DNA from: Candidatus Saccharimonadota bacterium
Lineage (GTDB): Bacteria; Patescibacteriota; Patescibacteriia; 2-12-FULL-60-25
Assembly: GCA_022843095.1 (NCBI GenBank)
Contig: JALHOH010000002.1
Coordinates: 420,001 to 452,000, forward strand
Direction: 5' to 3'
Length of the DNA stretch: 32,000 bases
Positions 10,117 to 19,394 of this stretch are shown here, piece by piece; the first letter of the stretch is position 1, and the number at the start of each line of letters is the position of its first letter. The notes beneath the pieces were generated by a model. It saw only the letters and a list, made by a program, of their open reading frames with translations, did no database searches and had not been told where the DNA came from. Made by a program: the position numbers and the translations under genes.

Positions 10117-10153
10117 TAGAAAAACAAAAAAACAACGGCGCCATGCCGTTGTT
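10117..10153 (-). terminator. Rho-independent terminator after groEL
   Basis: AACAACGGC (10131-10139) pairs with GCCGTTGTT (10145-10153) around a 5-nt loop. The minus strand then reads TTTTTTTGTTTTT. Confidence 0.8.
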
Positions 10154-10163
10154 TTTTACCCCC

Positions 10164-11795
<1,632 letters not shown>

Positions 11796-12086
11796 TTATT
11801 CAACAATCGCCATGATGTCGGACTCAGAAAGCACCAAATATTCCACGCCATCGATCTTAAATTCGTCCGGCGCGTACTTCTTGAATAGCACCTTTTCCCC
11901 CACCTTGACCGCAAGCGCCTGGCGCGTGCCGTTTTCCAACAGCTTCCCAGGACCAACCTCGATCACTTCCCCCTGTTCCGGGCGTTCTTCCTTGGCCGTA
12001 TCCGGCAAGATCAGCCCGCTTTTTGTGACTTCTTCTTTTGCGACCGGCTTCACGATCAACCGGTCACCCAATGGTCGTAGTTTCAT
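11796..12086 (-). CDS. groES: Co-chaperonin GroES (Cpn10)
   Basis: MKLRPLGDRLIVKPV..GEVIEVGPG. The stop lies 3 nt before the groEL ATG. Confidence 0.95.
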   Translation of the reverse strand: MKLRPLGDRLIVKPVAKEEVTKSGLILPDTAKEERPEQGEVIEVGPGKLLENGTRQALAVKVGEKVLFKKYAPDEFKIDGVEYLVLSESDIMAIVE

Positions 12087-12115
12087 ACAGAAACAGAGAA
12101 GAATAAGCGGCGGAA

Positions 12116-12142
12116 TTAGCACTCACGTTTTTAGAATGCTAA
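12116..12142 (-). promoter_or_regulatory. CIRCE operator (HrcA binding site) upstream of groES
   Basis: TTAGCACTC-ACGTTTTTA-GAATGCTAA versus the consensus TTAGCACTC-N9-GAGTGCTAA (1 mismatch), 30 nt upstream of the groES ATG. A TTGACA lies upstream (rc of 12180-12185), but I could not pair it with a good -10. Confidence 0.85.
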
Positions 12143-12217
12143 TCCGCATCGACCATAAAGTGCCATCCACCGAACGGGGTGTCAAGACGGAAAAAATCCT
12201 GTATCCTAGGGAACGAT

Positions 12218-12577
12218 ATGCAAGACCTTCAACAGATCCTCCAACGCATGCGGGAAAAGAAAAAAGAAAAGCGGAATCTCGCCGCCGCGCTCCGCGATGC
12301 CCTCGCGCATTCCAAGCAATATCAAGATATTCTTGAACAGCTAAAAACGCTCAAAGCAAAAAAGCTGCAATACGAACGCAGCGCGCACGAAGAATTCCGC
12401 AAAGAACTCGAGCAATCCGAGCGCTTAAAGGAAGATTTGAAATCGGATGCGCAGGTGTTAAGCGACATGGCGCTCACGAAATACATCAAAGGCGAATCGA
12501 TTCAGGTCAAAGATGAAAACGATGTGACCTACGATCCGGTGTTTAAAGTGACGTTCAAAAAATCCAACACTGTCTAA
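12218..12577 (+). CDS. Hypothetical coiled-coil protein (119 aa)
   Basis: ATG at 12218. Lys/Glu/Gln-rich heptad-like sequence. Divergent from groES. Confidence 0.55.
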   Translation: MQDLQQILQRMREKKKEKRNLAAALRDALAHSKQYQDILEQLKTLKAKKLQYERSAHEEFRKELEQSERLKEDLKSDAQVLSDMALTKYIKGESIQVKDENDVTYDPVFKVTFKKSNTV

Positions 12578-12603
12578 AAAATCCCTCGACAGAACCGAGG
12601 GAT
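12575..12603 (-). terminator. Rho-independent terminator after the GGDEF gene (possibly bidirectional)
   Basis: ATCCCTCG (12581-12588) pairs with CGAGGGAT (12596-12603). On the minus strand the stem is followed by TTTTTT. The site lies between convergent genes. Confidence 0.6.
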
Positions 12604-12616
12604 CAAGAGGCGCCGT

Positions 12617-13711
12617 TCAGGGCTTTCCAAACAGGCAGAACGGTGTTTTTGTTTTCTTTGACTGATACATCGCCTGATCGGCGCATTTCAGTAGCTGGTC
12701 CGCCTCCACGATCAGCGTGCCCCGGAATGACACGCCTCCGATGGCCGCCGTGAGCGTCACATGATCCGCGCTCGTTCCATCCAACCGATCCAGGATCAGC
12801 GAGATGGAGAGCTCCTGCGCGTACCGTGCAGCGACGCGCTCGATCAGCTCTTCCGTCATGTCGGGCAACAGCACGGCGAACTCATCGCCCCCCATCCGCC
12901 CAACGACGTCTTCCGCTCGCGCCGTCTCACGCAACCGACTCACAAACTGTCGGATCACGCGATCTCCCGCATCATGACCGTAGGTGTCATTGATGGGCTT
13001 AAACCCGTTCGGGTCGATGTAGAGCAATCCGAGCCACGCATTCCGACGCCGTGCACCCGAGACTTCCCACGCCACCCGCTCCAGAAACGCCCGACGATTG
13101 AACACCCCCGTCATTTCATCGTAGTCCGCGAGCTCCTTCAGCTTCCGATTCGCCCGTTCGAGCTCCTCCTTCTTGCCAAGCAACTCCGTATTCGCGCGCT
13201 CCAGCTGCTCGTTCAGGCGTTCGAGCTCGGTTTGATCACGCAACACCGCCACCATCCGGACGATCACCCCTTCGCGAACGATCGCCGAAAGCGAAAGGAT
13301 GGCGTGCCCGGTCGGCGTCGCTCCTCGACCGATGACGACCGGCAGACGACGAATGGATTCTCCACGACGCAGTTTTCGCTCGATCCAGGGCTGAAGCGGG
13401 GCGGAAAGACCCTCTTTCTCCCGCAAATACCGGAGCAGCGAATCCTCCTTCGCGTGACGACCATGAATCCCGAGCAGACGCTTTGCCGCCGGATTCAGGT
13501 AGGTCATGTGAAACGCGTAATCCATGGCGATCACGCCGTCCTGCATGCCATCCAACACCGCTTCGTGCAGTTCAAGTTGCGTTTCTTTATACGCAAGCAG
13601 GTTTTGCACATCGCCGTCCGGAGGCGGCGTCGTGGGATACCGCCTGCGGATCAGCTCTTGTTCCGCAGAAGGGGGCGTCACCGAGTCCTTTGTTTTCTTA
13701 CCTTGAGTCAC
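12617..13711 (-). CDS. PAS domain-containing diguanylate cyclase (GGDEF)
   Basis: GGDEF motif (RMGGDEFAVLL), with RAED five residues upstream (RxxD I-site). A PAS-like region (GVIAMDYAFHMTYLNPAAKRLLGI) and a coiled-coil linker are present. The GTG start is preceded by AGGAGG. Confidence 0.9.
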   Translation of the reverse strand: MTQGKKTKDSVTPPSAEQELIRRRYPTTPPPDGDVQNLLAYKETQLELHEAVLDGMQDGVIAMDYAFHMTYLNPAAKRLLGIHGRHAKEDSLLRYLREKEGLSAPLQPWIERKLRRGESIRRLPVVIGRGATPTGHAILSLSAIVREGVIVRMVAVLRDQTELERLNEQLERANTELLGKKEELERANRKLKELADYDEMTGVFNRRAFLERVAWEVSGARRRNAWLGLLYIDPNGFKPINDTYGHDAGDRVIRQFVSRLRETARAEDVVGRMGGDEFAVLLPDMTEELIERVAARYAQELSISLILDRLDGTSADHVTLTAAIGGVSFRGTLIVEADQLLKCADQAMYQSKKTKTPFCLFGKP

Positions 13712-13773
13712 GTAACGATCCTCCTTTTTTGGTCGTAAACCGGGAAAAAAGAACGAAAATCCACCCTAGCAGA

Positions 13774-15054
13774 CTATTCTACTTCGTCAAGCGGGAGAAG
13801 GGCGAAAAGTATTGCGATGGCAACAAGCGCCTTGCCGGGCCAGAACGACCAAAGATAGTGGTCAAACAATGACAAAACCGCCACAGCGGAAAGCGGCGTG
13901 AGCGCAAGCAAGCGCGGATAGCCCTCCCGACGCCAGCGTGCAAACCAGCCGGGTGCAAGTAGGCCGTATCCCAAAAGTATCATACCCACCATCCCAAGCA
14001 CCCCCACTTCAGCCCAGATGAGCACAGGCAGCACATGTGGTGGCGCTGATTGCGGTGACCCGGTTTCCTGTGATCGCACCACGACAAAGGTTCCAGGACC
14101 CGTCCCAAGCAACGGATGGTCCATGATCGCCTGCGCGCCCGTTTTCACCGACTGCGTCCGCTCTTCGATACTCCAGCGCTCCAGACGCTGTGAAGCAGGC
14201 TGCAAGCGCGTCGACACCAGATCCGCCATCCCAACGGTCACAATCCCGGCAATGAAGGCGAAGGTAAACAGCACCGCGACCCCCCACGGCTTCACCGCGC
14301 GACGATACACCGTTGCAGATGCAAGAATGAACGCAAGAAACGCCGCGATCCATCCCGCCCGAGAAAACGAAAACACCAGGGATGCGGCCAACGCCGCACC
14401 CCCAACCATCCAGATCATCGCTTCTGCGAGACGCCCTCGATCCGCCCGCCACGCCACGAGCGGAAGAACAACCGCAAGCCAACCGCCCAAAATATTTGGG
14501 TGCGGAAACCCACCGTACGCCCGCAAAAATCGTAACTCCGTCGTTTCCACGACACTCACTCCGGACCAACGCGGATCCTGCGCCGCCATCCCAAGCCATT
14601 TGGTCCCCCACACCATCTGCGTTTGCACCTGCCGAAGCGCAAACAATGCATGCGGCAACAGACTGAGCGCCACATATCCCGCCACCTCGCGCGCCGGAAC
14701 CCGCACACGCCACAGCGTTCCCACAAACGCCGCAAGCATCAGGACCTCCGCCCACCACTGTGCCGTCGCCCGGATATACACACTGACGATACTTACCAAA
14801 AGCAGCAATGAAAAACCGATCTGACGTGCGTGTCGCTTGCGCGGATCCGTGGGAACAACCGGATGTCCAAGACGCCAACCGGTCAGAATGGTCAAAAGCA
14901 TCGGGATCCACGACGCATACAGTGACCAACGCGTCGCTTCTACCGGCAAAATCCCTACCGCCTCCGGTTGCCAAAACATCCGCGTTTGCCAAGGCAGACA
15001 CAGAAGGGCGAGAGGCCACATCACACGAAACACGTGTTCACGGGTCCAGGTCAT
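13774..15054 (-). CDS. O-antigen ligase/polymerase-like (Wzy_C family) membrane protein
   Basis: About 10-12 TM helices and the characteristic FSFSRAGWIAAFLA loop region. The start is uncertain (ATG at 15054 or 15021; the ORF is open to 15111). Confidence 0.7.
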   Translation of the reverse strand: MTWTREHVFRVMWPLALLCLPWQTRMFWQPEAVGILPVEATRWSLYASWIPMLLTILTGWRLGHPVVPTDPRKRHARQIGFSLLLLVSIVSVYIRATAQWWAEVLMLAAFVGTLWRVRVPAREVAGYVALSLLPHALFALRQVQTQMVWGTKWLGMAAQDPRWSGVSVVETTELRFLRAYGGFPHPNILGGWLAVVLPLVAWRADRGRLAEAMIWMVGGAALAASLVFSFSRAGWIAAFLAFILASATVYRRAVKPWGVAVLFTFAFIAGIVTVGMADLVSTRLQPASQRLERWSIEERTQSVKTGAQAIMDHPLLGTGPGTFVVVRSQETGSPQSAPPHVLPVLIWAEVGVLGMVGMILLGYGLLAPGWFARWRREGYPRLLALTPLSAVAVLSLFDHYLWSFWPGKALVAIAILFALLPLDEVE

Positions 15055-15946
15055 AGGATCGACAAAACCGCGCATACGCATCCCGTGCGGCCGCGCGGCC
15101 ATCCTGCACATGCGCTTTAAACATCGACGGGGTCGCCCGAACCCGCGAATCCACGTTCATGAGATCGCGTAATGCCTTGGGGAAACAGGCCTGCTCCATC
15201 CGCATCGCCAATCCATCTAGGCCGGAAAACAACGGAAGTCGGACGCGTGGACGCGACGGTTCGTTTACAGAAATCCAGGGCGGTGCCAGCGGGTGCCGCG
15301 TACGAAGCGTGGCGTTGGCCCGCCAAAAATCTGCACCCACGCCGTCATCGACAAGTGGGAGCAACGACAAAAACCAATAGCGAAGATACGGATCATCTTG
15401 CTCGAATGCAATCGTCGACAGATCCAGCGCCGTTTCATCCACAAAAAACGAAAAGCAGACCGCATCCGGCACCTCTTCCCCGGCAACCGGACGCCGTCCA
15501 AGCAACGCAAACGGCGTCATGGCAAATCCACGTGTCTGCCACACCGTCCCCGCCCGCGTGATCAGAAAAAAATCCAAATCCGACTCGTCGCGCGCATGCG
15601 CGAGCGCCGTCGTATTACAAAGCGCGACAAACCGGACACTCGAAATCCGCAAAAGGTAGCGCGCAATGCGTTGCGCGCGTCGCCATTTTCGAGGAAACCA
15701 CCCCGCGCGCGCCTCGTGGATGGAAAACGCCTCTGGAACGGACGCGAGCGTGACACGACCACCGCGCTCCAATAGAAGGCTACGGTCGATGAGACACTGG
15801 ATCGCATCCGCAACCTCGTGCTGTGTGAGGAGCCCGCTCTCCGCGCCCGTATCCGCATACGCGATGACCTCCGCGCGCGTGGGTGGGTAACGCGTTTCCG
15901 CAAAAAAACAGACAACGCGCAACGCGGCGGCCTCAAAACGGGTCAT
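15038..15946 (-). CDS. Hypothetical protein with an N-terminal wHTH-like region and a Pol-beta-type nucleotidyltransferase-like core
   Basis: VRFVALCNTTALAHARDESDLDFFLIT resembles the NTase hG[GS]..D-h-D strand-helix motif, with a later acidic FFVDE. The ATG is preceded by AAGGAGGGG, embedded in the end of the upstream gene. Confidence 0.5.
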   Translation of the reverse strand: MTRFEAAALRVVCFFAETRYPPTRAEVIAYADTGAESGLLTQHEVADAIQCLIDRSLLLERGGRVTLASVPEAFSIHEARAGWFPRKWRRAQRIARYLLRISSVRFVALCNTTALAHARDESDLDFFLITRAGTVWQTRGFAMTPFALLGRRPVAGEEVPDAVCFSFFVDETALDLSTIAFEQDDPYLRYWFLSLLPLVDDGVGADFWRANATLRTRHPLAPPWISVNEPSRPRVRLPLFSGLDGLAMRMEQACFPKALRDLMNVDSRVRATPSMFKAHVQDGRAAARDAYARFCRSYDLDP

Positions 15947-15947
15947 A

Positions 15948-16298
15948 CTACCCCTCCTTCATGAGCGTTGGCGTCGCACGCGCGACCCCTGAGACGGCGA
16001 CCGCAACCCGCGACGAAATCGTAGCATCAGCGATCACGACTCGCTCCTCGGAGAACGACACGATCGCATTCCAAGAAACCGCGAGCTCATCCTCAAGCAA
16101 CCCGGAAATGCCACGCGTTTTGACCCAAAGAGTGTGCAATCGACCCGTGTCCGCATCCAAATCGATGCTCGCCACTTTGCCCACGGCGTCACCGGTTTTT
16201 GTTTCTACGCGGGTTCCGACCACGCGCTTGGTATTCACGATCATACGGCTGACAGCGTAACCTTCACGCAGATGGATGGCTAGCGGATTGACATTCAT
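15948..16298 (-). CDS. PRC-barrel domain protein
   Basis: VVGTRVETKTGDAVGKVASIDLDADTGRLHTLWV fits the PRC-barrel pattern (l.G..V....G..lG.v.d..id...g.i). The stop lies 1 nt before the next ATG. The start is uncertain (16298 or 16244). Confidence 0.6.
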   Translation of the reverse strand: MNVNPLAIHLREGYAVSRMIVNTKRVVGTRVETKTGDAVGKVASIDLDADTGRLHTLWVKTRGISGLLEDELAVSWNAIVSFSEERVVIADATISSRVAVAVSGVARATPTLMKEG

Positions 16299-16531
16299 GG
16301 CCGACTTGGCACAGTGCCTGCAGGAGGGATCGCATGGGAATATCCAAAGACGCCGACGACGATCGGCCCACAGATCGCCCAGAAACGGGTTCACGCCCAC
16401 CGCATTTGGTGAGCATCCTGGGATGGAGTGCCGGATACGGCGTCCCCGCGCGCGTGTCCGAGCTGCATACCGTCCCAACGATTGTGTTGCTGCGCCACCT
16501 GACGGAACTCACCTTTTACGCCGGATCGATC

Positions 16532-16954
16532 ATGGATGCGCAAGGACGTATGCCTTCGACGGAAGTCCTCGCAAAAAAACTGGCGAATGCCGCCTGGCAT
16601 CGCTTGTGCTACGTCTTGGATCCACTAGGAAACGACATGGATCTGATGCGGAGCGAAGTCGGCGGGCAAGTGCTCCGTTACCCTTGTCTCGGAGTCGGTA
16701 TCGCAAAAACTCATGGATTCCAACGGGACCAAGGAACCGTCGTCCATGTCGCGTTGCGTGGTGACACGGATGCGCATCACATCACCATCCGCTTTGATCC
16801 GTCGGTTCAGGAAACCAACACCATCGAACACCTGGCCGGCGAAATCGTCGTCCGCGCGATGCAAGCGTTTCCGAACGCACTCCCCCTTGCGGAGGAGCTT
16901 CCGCAAGAAATTCAAAGCATCGAATCCCGCCGGGGCGGATTCAACACCTCCTGA
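16532..16954 (+). CDS. Hypothetical protein (140 aa)
   Basis: ATG at 16532. The ORF is followed by a good terminator. No family recognised. Confidence 0.5.
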   Translation: MDAQGRMPSTEVLAKKLANAAWHRLCYVLDPLGNDMDLMRSEVGGQVLRYPCLGVGIAKTHGFQRDQGTVVHVALRGDTDAHHITIRFDPSVQETNTIEHLAGEIVVRAMQAFPNALPLAEELPQEIQSIESRRGGFNTS

Positions 16955-16959
16955 CCCAC

Positions 16960-16991
16960 AAAAGACGCGATGCCTCGCGTCTTGTTTTATT
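16960..16991. terminator. Bidirectional rho-independent terminator between convergent genes
   Basis: AAGACGCGA (16962-16970) pairs with TCGCGTCTT (16975-16983) around a 4-nt loop. The plus strand is followed by GTTTTATT and the minus strand by TTTTGTGGG. Confidence 0.65.
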
Positions 16992-18657
16992 CCACGACAC
17001 TACCGCCAAACGCCTTGAGCACATTGGTCACCATATCCGCCGCCGGTGCTGCCGTTTGTGTTTGCGTATCCTCTCCGACAATCCCTTCTAATTGAAGCAC
17101 AGAAACGCCCAACGTTTCTTTGAGAGCGTCTTCTACGATGCGCCGGTGTTTCATGTCCACAAGCACCTTATCGCGATGAAACGCATACTGAAACCGAATG
17201 GTCAGCGTCGTGCCCTGCACCGCGTACGGCTGGCTGATCTTCAAAATAAACGGTAGGGAGTGGTTTTTTTCATCCACGTTGCGGATAAACGCCGCCCATT
17301 TTGTACGCACTTCCGGCAAGGTAAACGAGGTTCCTGATGCAGAAGCTGCAGGCGCAGCATCCATCGCTGTTGGCGTCGCCTCTACCGGTCCTGCCTGCGG
17401 GATCTGAATCTCCGCAGAAGCCACCTCTTTTTCTGCCGGCGGCGAAACCGTCTCCACAGGCTTGGGTGGAGGTGTGCGCGTTGGGATAGGGGTTGGAGTT
17501 GGAGTTGGAGTTGGAGTTGGAGTTGGGCGAGGAGGCTCCGGCTCAGTTCGATGCGATGTCGTCGGTGCATGACGCAACAATCCACAGGTCACAGCCGTGC
17601 CTGCTAATTGCAACGCAAACAACGGATCGACCCCGGACTTCACATCTTTGCGACGTTCCATGAGCAGCAACGAAAGATCCACGATCTCTCCTGGCGTAAA
17701 CCGCCCCTGCAACCCCGCAACCGCACGCGATTCCTCTGACCCATCTTCCATGATGGACTCCGCAGTCATTCCGGAGGTTGCAAGCGTGCGCTGCAGCAAA
17801 AAAATCAGATCATCAAACAACGGAATGGCCGGAATCCCCATCTCCATCAACCGCGCCGCCTCTGCAAGCGCTCGCGCATGATCATGATCCGCCCACGTCG
17901 CAAGTACCCCTGCTGCATGCGCCACATGACGCTCAGGAATCACTAACCGCGCGACCTCCATGGTCACACGATCCCCGGCAAGGGATCCCAATTGTCCAAG
18001 CAAGGTCTCGGCATCACGCACACATCCATCCGCGCGAGTAACGATGAGCGAGACCACCTCCGGGTCAATCGCCCAACCTTCTTTGGCCGCGACCTCCCGA
18101 ACGCGATCGGCGAGTAACGCCGGCGGAATACGCAAAAACTCAAATCGCTGGCACCGCGAAATGATCGTCGCCGGAACTTTATGCCATTCCGTCGTCGCAA
18201 GGATAAAAAACGCATACGTCGGAGGTTCTTCGAGCGTCTTCAGTAACGCGTTCCACGAGGACGTAGACAGCATGTGCGCTTCGTCCAACACATACACCTT
18301 CCGCTTGCCTTGTGTTGGCGCAAAACGCGCATGTTCGATGATCGCCTCGCGGACGGTTTCGACCCCTGTGTGCGTCGCCGCGTCGAGCTCGATCAGATCA
18401 AGGAGTCGCCCTTCGTTTGCCGCCGTGCAGTTCGCGCAGGCATTACATGGCTCCCCGTCCTCCGGTTGCACACAATTCAACGCCTTCGCAAAAATACGCG
18501 CCGCCGTGGTTTTGCCCACGCCGCGCGGCCCGGAAAACAGATACGCGTGACCCAATTGGCCGGTCGCCACTTCTTTTCGCAAGGTTTCGGTGATGTGTTG
18601 CTGCCCCGTCACATCAGCGAACCGACGCGGGCGATGGATCTGCGAAAGGGAGGGCAT
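16987..18657 (-). CDS. dnaX: DNA polymerase III subunit gamma/tau
   Basis: Walker A GPRGVGKTT. Zn module CVQPEDGEPCNACANC. DEAH-like box VYVLDEAHML. SRC motif (IISRCQRF). ATG at 18657 (MPSLSQIHRPRRF). Confidence 0.92.
   Translation of the reverse strand: MPSLSQIHRPRRFADVTGQQHITETLRKEVATGQLGHAYLFSGPRGVGKTTAARIFAKALNCVQPEDGEPCNACANCTAANEGRLLDLIELDAATHTGVETVREAIIEHARFAPTQGKRKVYVLDEAHMLSTSSWNALLKTLEEPPTYAFFILATTEWHKVPATIISRCQRFEFLRIPPALLADRVREVAAKEGWAIDPEVVSLIVTRADGCVRDAETLLGQLGSLAGDRVTMEVARLVIPERHVAHAAGVLATWADHDHARALAEAARLMEMGIPAIPLFDDLIFLLQRTLATSGMTAESIMEDGSEESRAVAGLQGRFTPGEIVDLSLLLMERRKDVKSGVDPLFALQLAGTAVTCGLLRHAPTTSHRTEPEPPRPTPTPTPTPTPTPIPTRTPPPKPVETVSPPAEKEVASAEIQIPQAGPVEATPTAMDAAPAASASGTSFTLPEVRTKWAAFIRNVDEKNHSLPFILKISQPYAVQGTTLTIRFQYAFHRDKVLVDMKHRRIVEDALKETLGVSVLQLEGIVGEDTQTQTAAPAADMVTNVLKAFGGSVVE
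17489..17524. repeat. Hexanucleotide tandem repeat (GGAGTT)x5 plus a degenerate copy, encoding the (PT)n linker of DnaX
   Basis: 17495-17524 is five exact GGAGTT units. GGGGTT precedes them. The translation is PTPTPTPTPTPTPIPT. Confidence 0.9.
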
Positions 18658-18675
18658 AGGATGACGCGGTTGTAC

Positions 18676-18710
18676 CATACAAAAACACGCCGGCCAACCG
18701 GCATGTTTTT
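18676..18710 (-). terminator. Rho-independent terminator between the 206-aa gene and dnaX
   Basis: Minus strand: ACATGCCGG-TTGG-CCGGCGTGT (one G-U pair) followed by TTTTTGTATGG. Confidence 0.5.
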
Positions 18711-18725
18711 CCACATGATTTCTTG

Positions 18726-19346
18726 CTAATTCGTGGCTCGAAACGCGTCCAAATCGCGCTTAATGATGTTCTCCACCGCCGCCCATTTAGAGGGCGCGCC
18801 TTCCGGGGTCAAAATCACCGCCTCATCCCCGCTCGCGCCACGATAAAACGTGACCGACGCCGTAAGCACACGGTAGGTCTGGCCATTTGCCATCACCTTC
18901 CAATCATTCGTGCGATCATCCTGCACCAACGTCCCAATCATGCGATGACGCTCCACCGGACCGCGCTGTTTAAACAAAAACTTGCCGTTGCCCAAAATCG
19001 TGAGACGCAACAGATCGCCTTCGACGAGTTTTGACTTCGAGGCGTAGTTTGGCGGGACCAAATACCGCTGACCGTCTTCGCCCACCATACTTTCGCCATC
19101 AAACACCCCTTCCACGATGCGCGCATCCCCTCCCTGGACCAGCAGCTCTCCATCCGGACGCTGCATGCGCCGCACCATCTGATCCACTTCCCCCGCGTCC
19201 ACGTCGTTATTCAGCAAGCGCTCTAGGTGATCCAACTGCTGACGCATCGCCGCAATCACACGCTTTGCTACGGCAAATTTGCTTTCCACCCCCGTCAGCG
19301 CTGTTTTTTCCGTCTGCACTTCTTGCATGTGTGTGTCTGTATTCAT
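18726..19346 (-). CDS. Conserved-looking hypothetical protein (206 aa): N-terminal helix plus a beta-rich C-terminal half
   Basis: Clean ORF, MNTDTHMQEV... The C-terminal part (YLVPPNYASKSKLVEGDLLRLTI..; YRVLTASVTFYRGASGDEAVILTPE) looks like two small beta-barrel modules. Confidence 0.7.
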   Translation of the reverse strand: MNTDTHMQEVQTEKTALTGVESKFAVAKRVIAAMRQQLDHLERLLNNDVDAGEVDQMVRRMQRPDGELLVQGGDARIVEGVFDGESMVGEDGQRYLVPPNYASKSKLVEGDLLRLTILGNGKFLFKQRGPVERHRMIGTLVQDDRTNDWKVMANGQTYRVLTASVTFYRGASGDEAVILTPEGAPSKWAAVENIIKRDLDAFRATN

Positions 19347-19364
19347 ATTTGTTTATTCTTTTGA

Positions 19365-19394
19365 ATTATACCGATTTTAGATAAAATCATCCAA
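19365..19394 (-). promoter_or_regulatory. Putative internal promoter for the 206-aa gene
   Basis: The minus strand reads TTGGAT (rc of 19389-19394), an 18-nt spacer, then a perfect TATAAT (rc of 19365-19370), 18 nt before the ATG at 19346. The -35 lies in the last codons of the ATPase gene. Confidence 0.4.

Noticed and set aside
12150-12165. TGGCAC on the minus strand upstream of the groES CIRCE, resembling the -24 element of sigma-54 promoters.
   Set aside because: The expected -12 TTGC is absent (TGGCAC-TTTAT-GGTC). No sigma-54 context is evident.
16387-16398. GGGTTCACGCCC, superficially like a tRNA T-arm, inside the 233-nt spacer.
   Set aside because: The flanks cannot form acceptor, D or anticodon stems, and the loop length is wrong. 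It is not a tRNA.
17263-17269. A AAA AAC slippery heptamer in frame within dnaX, a possible -1 frameshift site like the E. coli tau/gamma site.
   Set aside because: It lies far into the C-terminal domain. The -1 frame runs about 33 more codons before a stop rather than terminating at once. I see no convincing downstream stem-loop or upstream SD-like stimulator. It is most likely chance.
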